Of a stretch of 64,000 bases of DNA, positions 50,348-60,481 are shown in pieces. The position numbers and the translations under genes are program-made. The notes under the pieces are model-generated. The model worked only from the letters and a program-made list of their open reading frames with translations. It ran no database searches and was not told the origin of the DNA. The DNA is from Promethearchaeota archaeon (GTDB taxonomy: Archaea; Asgardarchaeota; Lokiarchaeia; Sigyniarchaeales; SOKP01): assembly GCA_019058445.1 (NCBI GenBank), contig JAHPZA010000005.1, positions 52,276-116,275 on the forward strand, in the 5' to 3' direction. Each line of letters starts with the position of its first letter. Within the stretch, counting starts at the first letter, position 1.

Positions 50348-51031
50348 TTATTTTACAATTTTTTGCTTAAATACTTCAATCGTATCTACAATTTCATTCA
50401 TCTTTAAATTAAACTCTCGTGGATGCATTTTCTTTAGTTTTTCAAAATCATGAATTAAGTCTTTTAACTCTTTTATCCAAATATTCATAAGAATTTCCCT
50501 TTCTTTATCACTACATGCATTTCGGACTTCACCAGTTATCATAGCTTTAATTTTTTCTATTAATTGTTTTTCATTTACGGTATATGATATTTTTAGTACG
50601 TCTTGTTGTCCTTTCAGTAATTCTAATTCTTCATTTAGCTGCCTTTTATCTTTTGTAAATTGCTCATCGAATTTCTTAATCATATCAGTTAAGACTTCGT
50701 CTTTGACATCAATTTGAGATTGAATTTTTTCTTGAGTTAGGTCAAATTGATCTTGTAGCTTTAGAATATCTTCGTTAAGAGACTTAGCATTATCATGAAT
50801 ATCTTTAGTTAGGGTTTTTAAGTTTTGATCAAATTCACCGAATCGATCATCAACCATTTGAATTACTTCACTTATCTGATTAGTAAATTTTTGATCAAGG
50901 TTTTTAATGTGTTCCTCTATTTTATTCTCTATTTTATTCGTTTGATCTTTTAGTTTTTGGTCAATGTTATTAAGTCTTTCCTTTAAATTCTGAATTTCTT
51001 TCATTTGAGTTTCTATTTCTTTTTTTACCAT
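50348..51031 (-). CDS. All-helical coiled-coil protein
   Basis: Heptad-rich K/E/Q/L composition; starts 19 bp after the GTPase stop. Confidence 0.75.
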   Translation of the reverse strand: MVKKEIETQMKEIQNLKERLNNIDQKLKDQTNKIENKIEEHIKNLDQKFTNQISEVIQMVDDRFGEFDQNLKTLTKDIHDNAKSLNEDILKLQDQFDLTQEKIQSQIDVKDEVLTDMIKKFDEQFTKDKRQLNEELELLKGQQDVLKISYTVNEKQLIEKIKAMITGEVRNACSDKEREILMNIWIKELKDLIHDFEKLKKMHPREFNLKMNEIVDTIEVFKQKIVK

Positions 51032-51049
51032 TTTTGCTCACATTTGATA

Positions 51050-52045
51050 TCATTCTAACTTTTTATTTTCTTTTTCTGAATTCAATATAGATTGCACATT
51101 TAATGCAAAATTCTCTTTAATTCCTTTTAATTGTTCTTTAGCATTATCTATTGAGTCTATTAAGGAATCAATAGGTGTCTTTTTGAGATCTACAATTAAT
51201 TTTTCGACTTTAGTCAAATTGTTATTGAATTCTATAATAATCTCATTTTGAATTACATCTCTTTGATTTAAATCATGTATTATAGGAATATTTTTATCGA
51301 TAATATGTTTTTCTGATTCTGCGCTAACTATCGCTTCAGCCTTTATATCCTCCTCCTCTTTAACTTCTATCGGGGCTCTAAATTCTTTTGGCTTCTCATT
51401 CTGAAGTTTTATAGAATCGATTTTTCCTATATTTAAGAGCTTATTCATTAAATCATTTTCATCTTTATCTAAGACATTAAGAAATTTGCTTGCCACTCCT
51501 AAATATTCGGGGTAACTTCTCTCATAATCCTGTAAAAAACTATAAATTAATAATTCAAATGTTTCGGGGACGTTAATTCCGCTTCTGGCAGAAGTAACTA
51601 TTAAAGGTACATCTGCTATAAAATGCTTCTTAATAATTTTTTCTAAATCCTTTTCAAGGTTAATTAAATCTAATTTATTTCCAATGATTATAGTTTGACA
51701 TTCTGTTGCGTATTTTTCCAAGTTTTTTAAATATTCTTTTTTGATATCCGAAAGCGTTTCTTTTGGTTTGCTCAAATCAAAAACTAAATACGCAGCATCA
51801 ACATTAGTGTAAAATGCCGGATTCAGAGGATTAAATGATTTTTGTCCTCCAATATCCCATATATTAACTTTTAATTGAATATTATCTACCTTATAATCCT
51901 TTTTCAGGATGATTGAGCCAATTGTTGGAATATACTTTTTAAGAAACTTTTTCTTTAAGAAATAGTTAATTAAACTTGTTTTTCCCACATTTGCATCTCC
52001 AAGGAGAACCAACTTGATATTAATTTGGTTACTAATTCTTTCCAA
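51050..52045 (-). CDS. Rab-like small GTPase with long C-terminal helical extension
   Basis: G1 GDANVGKTS, G2 YIPTIG, G3 WDIGGQ, G4 NKLD, G5 TSAR. Confidence 0.93.
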   Translation of the reverse strand: MERISNQINIKLVLLGDANVGKTSLINYFLKKKFLKKYIPTIGSIILKKDYKVDNIQLKVNIWDIGGQKSFNPLNPAFYTNVDAAYLVFDLSKPKETLSDIKKEYLKNLEKYATECQTIIIGNKLDLINLEKDLEKIIKKHFIADVPLIVTSARSGINVPETFELLIYSFLQDYERSYPEYLGVASKFLNVLDKDENDLMNKLLNIGKIDSIKLQNEKPKEFRAPIEVKEEEDIKAEAIVSAESEKHIIDKNIPIIHDLNQRDVIQNEIIIEFNNNLTKVEKLIVDLKKTPIDSLIDSIDNAKEQLKGIKENFALNVQSILNSEKENKKLE

Positions 52046-52271
52046 TTTTCACAGCTCCAATAACACATTATAATTTGAATTATTGTAGTCAATTCAAGAG
52101 AAATTTTCAATTGAAATTGTATTTTATTCAAACACATTAAGAAAAAAGTTGTATATAAATCTATATGCTAATTCTTGCCAACTAAATTTAAGAATAGAAA
52201 TCTTTTTTGTTAATCTTATATTTCATACTATATTACATAATTTCTAAAATAAAACTTAAGGGGATAGAATT

Positions 52272-53471
52272 TTGGAAGAAAAGGAAGTTGTAATTGCCTA
52301 TGCTAAAAGAACTGCGATTGGTAAATTTGGAGGATCGCTTTTACCTTACAATGCGAGTAAACTGCTTTCATTTGTAATAAAAGATTGCATAGAATCAACT
52401 GGCATTGACCCTGGCATCATTTCAGATGTCAAAGCGGGTTGCTGCATGGAACCTCAAGAAGAAATGAATGTTGCAAGAACCGCAGCCTTAATTGCGGGAA
52501 TACCATATGAAATACCCGCAATGACAATCAATCGGGTTTGCACATCTGCAATGGAAGCGATAAGATCTGCGTGGGTTGATATTTTGGTTGGTCAGGGTGA
52601 AGTTGTTTTAGCTGGGGGGACTGAAGCGATGAGTAATGTGGCATACTACTTACCTTCTGCCCGTTTTGGAGCCAGATTAGGAAATACCGAATTAAAATGC
52701 GGCTTAATGGAGGGACTTCATGCAGGAAGTAAAGCATTCGCACCTCCCGGATATATTATGGGCATGACGGCAGAGTTTATTGCAGAAAAATATAATATAA
52801 CACGAGAAATGCAAGATGAGGCTGCATTACGATCACAAAATAATGCCGAAAAAGCTACTGTTTCTGGACGATTTAAGGATGAAATATTACCTGTGGAAGT
52901 TGTTGCTGGAAGAGGAAAAACTTATATTTATGAGAAGGATGAGCATTTTAGACCTGGATTGACTCTGGAAGCGCTTCAGAAATTACGTCCCGCTTTCAAG
53001 AAGGATGGAACTGTAACTGCTGGGAATGCATCTGGTATAAATGATGGCGCTTGTATCACTCTTGTCACCACAAGGGGCAAGGCTCAAGAATTAGGATTAA
53101 CTCCACTTGCGAAAATTGTAACAATTTCAAAAATAGGCAACGATCCTAAATACATGGGACTTGGACCAATGTATTCAGCACCTTTAGCTTTAAAACAAGC
53201 TAATATGGAATATAAAGATATTGGTTTAGTCGAATGTAATGAAGCATTTGCAGCCCAATATGTTGCTGTTGCCCAACAATTGAACTGGGACATTGAGAAA
53301 ACTAATGTTAATGGTTCTGGAATTGGTTTGGGACATCCCGTTGGTTGTACAGGAGCGAGAATTGTGGTAACTTTAATTCATGAAATGAAGAAACGAGGGG
53401 TATCTTACGGGCTCGCAACACTCTGTGGCGGTGGAGGTGTCTCAGAAGCTATTATTATAGAAAATATCTAA
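52272..53471 (+). CDS. Acetyl-CoA C-acetyltransferase (thiolase)
   Basis: TINRVCTSA, TAGNASGINDGA, NEAFAAQ, GHPVGCTG, LCGGGG. Confidence 0.97.
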   Translation: MEEKEVVIAYAKRTAIGKFGGSLLPYNASKLLSFVIKDCIESTGIDPGIISDVKAGCCMEPQEEMNVARTAALIAGIPYEIPAMTINRVCTSAMEAIRSAWVDILVGQGEVVLAGGTEAMSNVAYYLPSARFGARLGNTELKCGLMEGLHAGSKAFAPPGYIMGMTAEFIAEKYNITREMQDEAALRSQNNAEKATVSGRFKDEILPVEVVAGRGKTYIYEKDEHFRPGLTLEALQKLRPAFKKDGTVTAGNASGINDGACITLVTTRGKAQELGLTPLAKIVTISKIGNDPKYMGLGPMYSAPLALKQANMEYKDIGLVECNEAFAAQYVAVAQQLNWDIEKTNVNGSGIGLGHPVGCTGARIVVTLIHEMKKRGVSYGLATLCGGGGVSEAIIIENI

Positions 53472-53495
53472 TTTTTTTTTTATTTTTTATTTTTT

Positions 53496-54101
53496 TCAGA
53501 TATTAACATTCAATTTTCGTAACTCTGCTCGTAAATCTGTGTTTTTAGTAATTAATAAAGTGTGTATACCTAATTTTTCTGCTGAAATTAAAAAACTTGA
53601 ATGATCGTCTAAAAAAATACATTCTTGCGAGTTAAGTTTATATCTCCTTAATAAAATTTTATAGATTTCAAATTCTGGTTTGATATATTTTTCTTTCCAC
53701 GATATTACTTGTCCATCGAATAGAGAAAAAAAATCAAACTTTTGGATTACAAACTGGTATGATTCTTTAATAAAATTGGATAGCGCAAAAACCTTGTAGC
53801 CATTTTGTTTTAAATCTTTCAAAATTTCAATATTTTTTGGAATCGGTTCGAAGATCTTAAACCAATTCTCGAAAAACAATTTAATTAATTCTGTTTGCTT
53901 AGGATATTTCAACAGAAACAGGTTTTTAGCATTCTCAACTGAAAGTTCTCCACGATCCAATTTAAGCCAAGCCTTACTGCCAGTTACTTTAGACATAAAC
54001 TTTTCAATCTGAGATATATCGTTTGTGAATTGTAATAAGAACTGTCGTGGTTCAAAAGTTAATAACACGTTTCCAATATCAAAAATGAAATTTCTTATCA
54101 A
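53496..54101 (-). CDS. HAD-family phosphatase
   Basis: FDIGNVL, LSN, KP..EIY, FLDD. Confidence 0.9.
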   Translation of the reverse strand: MIRNFIFDIGNVLLTFEPRQFLLQFTNDISQIEKFMSKVTGSKAWLKLDRGELSVENAKNLFLLKYPKQTELIKLFFENWFKIFEPIPKNIEILKDLKQNGYKVFALSNFIKESYQFVIQKFDFFSLFDGQVISWKEKYIKPEFEIYKILLRRYKLNSQECIFLDDHSSFLISAEKLGIHTLLITKNTDLRAELRKLNVNI

Positions 54102-54143
54102 AACTTTTACCTTGAATAGTTCACTGAAAATTAAAAGTTTAAC

Positions 54144-55652
54144 TTAGAGATTATATATTGGATAAAACTTATTTTCTAAATATTTTATGAAGTAATCTGG
54201 ATTTAGATCTTCTCCAGTTACTTTTTTCAATAAATCAAGGGGCCTATAAATTCTGCCATGCTGATGGATGTTTTCTCTGAGATAAGTGAGCAAATTGAGG
54301 TAATTCCCGTTCTTTATCTCTTCGGGGAGATTAGGTTGTTTTGTTAATAGATCTTCATATATTTGTGATGCATACAGATTTCCTAAAGAGTAAGTTGAGA
54401 AATAACCGAATGCTCCAGTAGACCAATGAACATCTTGTAAAACTCCTTTAGCATCATCTGGAGGAATAATACCTAATAATTCTTCCATTTTAGAGTTCCA
54501 AATATTTGGCAGTTCAGAAATGCTTAAATTATCACTATTATTGATAAGTTCCTTCTCTAATTCAAATCGTAATATGATGTGTAGACCATAGGTCACCTCA
54601 TCAGCTTCAACTCTGATAAAGGAAGGTTGTACGACATTGATGGAACGATAAAACTCATCCTCAGGATAATTATTTAAGTTTCCTGGGAAATATTTTCGCA
54701 TAATGGGATACCAATAGCTCCAAAATTCCTTACTGCGCCCTATAATATTCTCCCACAGCCTAGATTGAGATTCATGAAACCCTAAACTACAACCATCTGC
54801 GAGAAATGTATCATGAAGTTCTTCCCTAAATCCCATTTCATATAAAGCATGACCGCATTCGTGAATTGTTCCAAATAAGCATGCAGGAAGGAAATTATCC
54901 CAAATTCGAGTTGTTATCCTAGTATCCATAGATGATACTGATGCTGTAAAAGGATGAACAGATTTATCTTGGCGTCCTTTATTAAAATCAAAATTCAATT
55001 TTTTAATAATCTCCATACTTAAGTTCCATTGTTTATCTGGATCATAATACTTTTTTAATATCTCTTGAGTCGGTTTATCTGCGCCAGAAGATTCTATTTT
55101 GTGTAAAATTTTCATTAGTTTTGGTTTTAATTCTTTGAATATGCTTGTAATCCAAGCCGATTTTGCCTCTGGTTCATAGATATCTACCAATGAATCGTAG
55201 AGTGTTGGACCTAAATCAATTTTTTCAGCATATTCTCGTTCCAATCTTATCATCTTTTCGAGATATGGTTTAAACGTAGAAAAATCACTTTTAGCCCTCG
55301 CCTTCTCCCAAGCTTGTTGTCCTAATGAAGCAGTTTTAGCTATTTCAGTGACTAATTCGATAGGTATTTTAATGGCTTTTTCATATCTTCTTTTCGCTTC
55401 TCTCAAGAGTGCTGAATCAATTACATTAAGGTTTTTCTCAGTTTCAGCTTTCTTAATCAATTCTCCCGTTTTATTCGAAATTAATTTCTTATGGCTTATT
55501 GCTTCGATTAATGCGATTTGTTCAGACCTCCCTTTTGCTGCACCTTCTGATTTTGGCATGTATACTTGAAGATCCCAGCCCAATAATGTATTTATATAAT
55601 TGAGTCTCATCAATTCAGTAAATCTTTCCCTGAGTTCCTTAATAGCGCTCAT
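54144..55652 (-). CDS. Carboxypeptidase M32 (Taq/Pfu type)
   Basis: HPF, D.RITT, HECGHALYE (HEXXH), HESQS, IRVEADE, LQDVHW. Confidence 0.97.
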   Translation of the reverse strand: MSAIKELRERFTELMRLNYINTLLGWDLQVYMPKSEGAAKGRSEQIALIEAISHKKLISNKTGELIKKAETEKNLNVIDSALLREAKRRYEKAIKIPIELVTEIAKTASLGQQAWEKARAKSDFSTFKPYLEKMIRLEREYAEKIDLGPTLYDSLVDIYEPEAKSAWITSIFKELKPKLMKILHKIESSGADKPTQEILKKYYDPDKQWNLSMEIIKKLNFDFNKGRQDKSVHPFTASVSSMDTRITTRIWDNFLPACLFGTIHECGHALYEMGFREELHDTFLADGCSLGFHESQSRLWENIIGRSKEFWSYWYPIMRKYFPGNLNNYPEDEFYRSINVVQPSFIRVEADEVTYGLHIILRFELEKELINNSDNLSISELPNIWNSKMEELLGIIPPDDAKGVLQDVHWSTGAFGYFSTYSLGNLYASQIYEDLLTKQPNLPEEIKNGNYLNLLTYLRENIHQHGRIYRPLDLLKKVTGEDLNPDYFIKYLENKFYPIYNL

Positions 55653-55663
55653 AATCTGGTCTT

Positions 55664-55750
55664 ATAAAAAATTATGTTAAATTATATCTCAAATTTCATA
55701 AAAATTATATTAAATTATGTCTCAAATTTTATAAAAAATTACATTTAATT
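55664..55750. repeat. Imperfect ~33-bp tandem repeat (~2.5 copies) upstream of the carboxypeptidase
   Basis: ATAAAAA(A)TTAT(G/A)TTAAATTAT(A/G)TCTCAAATTT(C/T) twice plus a partial third copy. Confidence 0.8.
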
Positions 55751-55854
55751 CTAAATGTGTATTTCAGTAAAATCAAATGTTTTTGATAAAAAAATTTGGA
55801 TTTACTCTAATATTGCTTAATATGCTATATGAAAATAGTATTAAAAATAAAAAA

Positions 55855-57486
55855 TTACCAAATCATGCTTTCTTTTTTAAAGAAAAATTCTGCTGCAAGT
55901 TTAAGATCATCAGAAGTCAGAGGTACTCCTAACACTTCAATCATCTCTTTTATAAAAAATTCACATAAGTCAATACTTAAATCAGTACTTCTGTCTTTTA
56001 TAAACATTTGTAGTTGATTAGCAAGATTTAATTCTATTTTGGCAATAATTTCGGTTGTAGGTTGTGATTTTTCTTTAGAGCGTATTTTTTGAATAAATTC
56101 TTTTGGTTGTATCTTTTGAATTATCTCTTTTGGTTTTTGGACAATATCTGACTGTTTAACTTTTTTAATCACTTTTTTAGGTTCAGAGGATGCAATCTGT
56201 TGTATTTTATCAATTTTAGCTTTTAAGCTAATCTTAATATCTTCTGGCTTTAAAGTTAGCTTTTTAGATCTTGAGGGTTGACTTGGAATTTGCCTAGACG
56301 GACTGCTTTTTTCCATTGGTTTTGGTGTAACTTTCATAGGTTTCTTTTGAGGGAGTGGTTTAATCCCTGAGCTTGTTTTAGGAAGGGATTTTACGGCAAC
56401 TTTTTGTGTGAATTTAATTTTTTCTGGAGGAGTAAAAAGACTTCCTCGTGACGCTACTTTAGGTTGTTCTGTTTTTTTTTCTATTTTTGCTCTTATTTCA
56501 TTAAGTTGTTCTTGAAACATTTCTTTATAAGAGTAATTTTGAGTTTCATTACACATATCTATTAATTCTTCATATTTTATGATTGCAGCTTGAAAATTAC
56601 CTTTTGCGGTTAATCCTTCAACTTCATTTATTAGCATCTGAAAATCTGGAGGAAATTCTCTTTTTAATTTCAAAGCTTCTCTAATTAACGAATTAACTTT
56701 TTCTAATGCATTATTCGGATCAATTAAACAGATCTCCCTTATATCTGGATTATTAATGACTGTTTTGATTTCATCGATTTGCTCGCTACTTACTAAATCT
56801 GATTTATTTGCTAAAATTAAGAAATTGGAAAATTTTGCGTTGCTTTCTTTTAAATTGATGAAATACTCAATTAATTTAGGACCATAATCTTTAGAATCGA
56901 AAACTAGAATAATCAGGTCAGATCCTCCTAAAAATTTAGCCCATAAAAGAGAAAAATTATCCTTTAAAATAAAGTCCCAAACATCAAAAGTCAAATGATC
57001 AATTTCATAAGTGGCAGCATTAGCAAAATCCATTATTTTTTTTTCTTGTCCGCTTTTCAATAAATTATATAAAGTAGTTTTCCCAGAATTAATAGGCCCT
57101 ATAATTGCGATTTTGGAATGTAAATTTTTTTGAACCTCATAAAGAGAATTAATAAATTCACTTTTTTCTGAACTAGACTCTTTTAGACTCTCTGGATTTG
57201 GAAAATATTCTTTAAACTTATTAATAATTTCTAATAAAATATCATTAACATAATCAAACGAGTCCGTTAAATCAACTATAATTAAAAAATATGTATCCCC
57301 GTAGGATCGGTGAAATATCTGAAATTTGGAAATCCCTCGGTGGAGCGTTTGACCTGGAGTTGGAAGTATTATGAATGGTTCCACTATTTCCATAACATTT
57401 TTCAGTTCTTTAGGTCCTAGAGCTAAAGCAAGTGTGTGTCTAAAGACTTCTTTTTGATTATAAAAAATAAAAATTTGTCTAAGCAT
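55855..57486 (-). CDS. Longin-like domain fused to a degenerate small GTPase, a helical bundle and a K/P/S-rich linker
   Basis: N-terminal MLRQIFIF...YFLIIVDLTD..D.V...L..I..KF pattern; P-loop GPINSGKTT; NKSD; G3 reads WDFILKD. Confidence 0.75.
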   Translation of the reverse strand: MLRQIFIFYNQKEVFRHTLALALGPKELKNVMEIVEPFIILPTPGQTLHRGISKFQIFHRSYGDTYFLIIVDLTDSFDYVNDILLEIINKFKEYFPNPESLKESSSEKSEFINSLYEVQKNLHSKIAIIGPINSGKTTLYNLLKSGQEKKIMDFANAATYEIDHLTFDVWDFILKDNFSLLWAKFLGGSDLIILVFDSKDYGPKLIEYFINLKESNAKFSNFLILANKSDLVSSEQIDEIKTVINNPDIREICLIDPNNALEKVNSLIREALKLKREFPPDFQMLINEVEGLTAKGNFQAAIIKYEELIDMCNETQNYSYKEMFQEQLNEIRAKIEKKTEQPKVASRGSLFTPPEKIKFTQKVAVKSLPKTSSGIKPLPQKKPMKVTPKPMEKSSPSRQIPSQPSRSKKLTLKPEDIKISLKAKIDKIQQIASSEPKKVIKKVKQSDIVQKPKEIIQKIQPKEFIQKIRSKEKSQPTTEIIAKIELNLANQLQMFIKDRSTDLSIDLCEFFIKEMIEVLGVPLTSDDLKLAAEFFFKKESMIW

Positions 57487-57713
57487 TTTTTCTCAATACT
57501 AAATATTTGGTTGCGATTGTTCAGCAAATATTGCTCAATCGGGACCTATATGGTCTTTTATAAAATTGTATGTTATCTTTGAAAAACATAAACAAATCTT
57601 CCTTAATAACTTTTTATAATTAAACAATTAGAAATAAAGTGGTGAAAAAATAATAAAAAATATTAGATCTCACTTGTTTAGTATCATTAACAAACTCAAA
57701 ATGAAAATTTGAA

Positions 57714-58670
57714 ATGCCTCTAGAACCCAATCACCTCGCAAATTTTCTTGGAAACACAGTAAACGACAAATTTAATTCAGAACTTCTTGATCTAATCATT
57801 AAAAGGATTAATAAATTATGCTTTGAAGAGTGTCAAATAGATCGTATTCAATGTACTCTCACTCCTTTATGTACTAGAAGATTTCTGTTAAAATTAAGAA
57901 TTAAAAACGGACTTCCTCTAGAAGACTTGCCAAAATTTTGCTATAGTGTTCAAAAAAATATCGTCTTACGTGATTTTAGAGGCAAAACGGTGGTTTATAA
58001 ACCGTTTGATGCTTATTTATATTTAGTTGATTTTTTGGATATTTTCTTCCACGGAGATTATCGGAAATTAAATAAATTCATTTCTTTTCAAAACTGGAGC
58101 GAAGCTTTAGAAATTTTTGATGATAGGATTAAAAATCGTGATGAAAATTTCCGCTATCACCTAAAAGGAAATTATCTGATATTTAAATATGATGATCGCC
58201 TTCATATTATCTTCGTGGATGAAAAATATGTGTTATGTAATGCTAATAGAGAAAATATCGCAAGCCTCGAATTATTGGGGGCGATCTGTGAATTTTATGC
58301 AAAATTATATTTTCCGGAAATAAAAGTAAAATTAATAAAATCTGAATATATAGAAGTCACTTCGATTTTACCCAAAGACGTTTTAAATACTATTTCTAAA
58401 ACCCCTACAGTAGCAGAAAATCCATCAAAAAAAGATCATTATTTTTGGAATGTATTTTATGAGGATCTTGAAGCAATGGTACAATTTTGCAAAGAAATTC
58501 ATTTAGATTACGATTGGATGGGGAATTTATTAATTAAATTAGGTATAAATTTAGAAACAAACAATTTTAATGAAAAAAATAATAAAATTCAATTAAGATA
58601 TAGAGATCTAAGATTTTTACTGAATTTTATTCAAAGATTGTATAATGAATTTTATGTTATATGGCTATAA
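57714..58670 (+). CDS. Hypothetical protein with N-terminal Cys cluster
   Basis: 318-aa ORF; C-x3-C-x6-C-x5-C plus a later KFCYS. Confidence 0.75.
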   Translation: MPLEPNHLANFLGNTVNDKFNSELLDLIIKRINKLCFEECQIDRIQCTLTPLCTRRFLLKLRIKNGLPLEDLPKFCYSVQKNIVLRDFRGKTVVYKPFDAYLYLVDFLDIFFHGDYRKLNKFISFQNWSEALEIFDDRIKNRDENFRYHLKGNYLIFKYDDRLHIIFVDEKYVLCNANRENIASLELLGAICEFYAKLYFPEIKVKLIKSEYIEVTSILPKDVLNTISKTPTVAENPSKKDHYFWNVFYEDLEAMVQFCKEIHLDYDWMGNLLIKLGINLETNNFNEKNNKIQLRYRDLRFLLNFIQRLYNEFYVIWL

Positions 58671-58691
58671 ATAAAAATTATTCTCATAGGT

Positions 58692-59927
58692 GTGATATAT
58701 AATATGGCAAGTATAGAAGCTAATGGAGAATTAATGGAAAAAATTAGAATTATGACAACCGAAGGGAAAATAGATGATGTTGTTAACGAAATCGCTACAT
58801 ATTTAAATCTTTCAAATGAAGAGAATTATATTGAAAGATTAGAAAATATCTTAGAAACTATTTCATCTGCGCAGGGGGGAAGTACTGTTATAAGATTTCT
58901 TATTGAAAATCAGATCATTGATATCCCTACGTTATTACAAAATCTTTCAAAGAGGGATTCGTTATTACGATATTCATTTCTTTTACTTTTGAAAGATATC
59001 TGTGAAAATGAAGAGGATTTACTCCTTCCATATAGTGAAGAACTCTTAAAATCAGATGATCCTAATGTACGCGAAGCATTCCTGCAACTGTTAATTTTTA
59101 TGGCTGGTGGAGAAAAAGAAATTGATGAGGAGCAATTAATCGAAGTAATTGTAGCTAAATTAGATGATGACAAGGAATTTGTTGTAGAAAAAGCGGGTCA
59201 AGCACTTAAAGCGATTGGAAAAAAACATCCGTCTCTTGTAACCCGTATCCTAAGAGACTTTTCAAAAAAATGTATAGAAAACGAAGAATTAATCAAAATA
59301 ATTGATAACATATTAAAAGCGATAGTCACAGTGGAAAAAATAGAAGAAATTGTAGAAGAAGAAACTATAAAAGAAGAACCTGAAAAGCACTTGGAAGCGC
59401 AAGAAGATCTCATTAAAAAAGAGAGAAATGAAGAGCTAGAAAAAGAAGAAGAGAAAATATTGGACAAACAAATTGAATTAAAAAAGAAAGAAATTGAATT
59501 AAAAAAAAAGGAATTAGAATTAGAAGAAAAAGAAAAAGAATTAGAAATAAAAGAAATCATTACAAAAGAGAAAGAGTTAATAGATAAAGAGATTGAAACG
59601 GAATTGAGTGGAAAAGATTTATCGATCCCCCATGATATAAAGAAAGAAGAGGATGAAATTTTAGATAAACAAATCGAGATAAAAAAGAAAGAGCTTGAAA
59701 TAAAGAAAAAGAAATTAGAAGTGGAAGAGAAAGAAAAAGAGCTAGAAAAGAAAGCGATAGAAGATAAAGAAAAAGCATTAAAAATTAAAGAACAATTGAT
59801 AGAAAAAGAAAAAGAATTGGAGAAAGTGGAAATAGAATTAAAGAAGAAAACCATAGAAAAAAAAGAACGCAAAATCTTAGATGAGGAAACTAAAAGGATC
59901 AAAGAAAAATTAGAAGAGGATAAATAA
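58692..59927 (+). CDS. HEAT/ARM-repeat domain fused to a long E/K-rich coiled coil with internal repeats
   Basis: LLKSDDPNVREA, KLDDDKEFVVEKA..AL..IG; duplicated EE..ILDKQIE.KKKE.E.KKK.LE.EEKEKELE. Confidence 0.85.
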   Translation: MIYNMASIEANGELMEKIRIMTTEGKIDDVVNEIATYLNLSNEENYIERLENILETISSAQGGSTVIRFLIENQIIDIPTLLQNLSKRDSLLRYSFLLLLKDICENEEDLLLPYSEELLKSDDPNVREAFLQLLIFMAGGEKEIDEEQLIEVIVAKLDDDKEFVVEKAGQALKAIGKKHPSLVTRILRDFSKKCIENEELIKIIDNILKAIVTVEKIEEIVEEETIKEEPEKHLEAQEDLIKKERNEELEKEEEKILDKQIELKKKEIELKKKELELEEKEKELEIKEIITKEKELIDKEIETELSGKDLSIPHDIKKEEDEILDKQIEIKKKELEIKKKKLEVEEKEKELEKKAIEDKEKALKIKEQLIEKEKELEKVEIELKKKTIEKKERKILDEETKRIKEKLEEDK

Positions 59928-59934
59928 AATATAA

Positions 59935-60426
59935 TTAAATCAAATCTTTTTGCTCTATAATGGGCGCCGTGTGTAATCGTCTTACTAGTTTTCTTACTTC
60001 TTCAATTTTCATACTTTCGGGAGGAAGACTTAATTGCACCTTTTTAGCCATATTATATGCTATCTCAATATAATTCAGATCTTCCAACATTTCGATAATT
60101 TGAAGTTTATAGTCGATATCACCAGCGCCTTCGCCGTATTCCAACAGTTTTTCCTTAATTACTTCAATTTCATTATTTACTCCATAAATTTTATCATTGG
60201 GAATATCCTTATACCTTATGCGGTGATCAATTCTTTTATTTGCCAATTTTCCACTCCATTTAGATACTTCAAAAGCTATAATCAGTCTTTTCAATTGCCA
60301 AGCAATAGCGATTTCAGTTAGCTTTCCAGCACCTCCTCCGATTGCTATAACTGCTTCTGCATTACTAAAAATAATGTTATTATGAAGATTTGACCAAGAA
60401 TTTTTTCAATAACTGGTATTGGCCAT
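59935..60426 (-). pseudogene. Chimeric remnant: C-terminal part of a LOG/TIGR00725-family gene fused in frame to a duplicate of the last 73 codons of 62254-63258
   Basis: The frame upstream of the TTG reads NNIIFSNAEAVIAIGGGAGKLTEIAIAWQLKRLIIA (LOG-like GGGxGTLxE motif), with an in-frame TGA at 60406-60408; the 3' part is 69/73 aa identical to the downstream gene's C-terminus. Confidence 0.75.
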
Positions 60427-60481
60427 TTAGATTTATGAGATCAAGACCGATAGATCTCATGAAATTATTGAAATTTTTGAA

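Noticed and set aside
59198-59902. 234-aa Phe/Ser-rich antisense ORF (and similar short antisense ORFs across the PAS and HEAT genes)
   Set aside because: Shadow of GAA/AAA-rich sense coding sequence; no independent protein features
60406-60408. In-frame TGA as selenocysteine
   Set aside because: Upstream residues in that frame are not LOG-like, the position is not a Cys-equivalent site, and I saw no SECIS-like element
60435-60460. 8-bp inverted repeat ATGAGATC/GATCTCAT (also 7-bp inverted repeats near 6371-6389 and 16506-16530)
   Set aside because: Too short in AT-rich DNA to call a terminator or operator without further support
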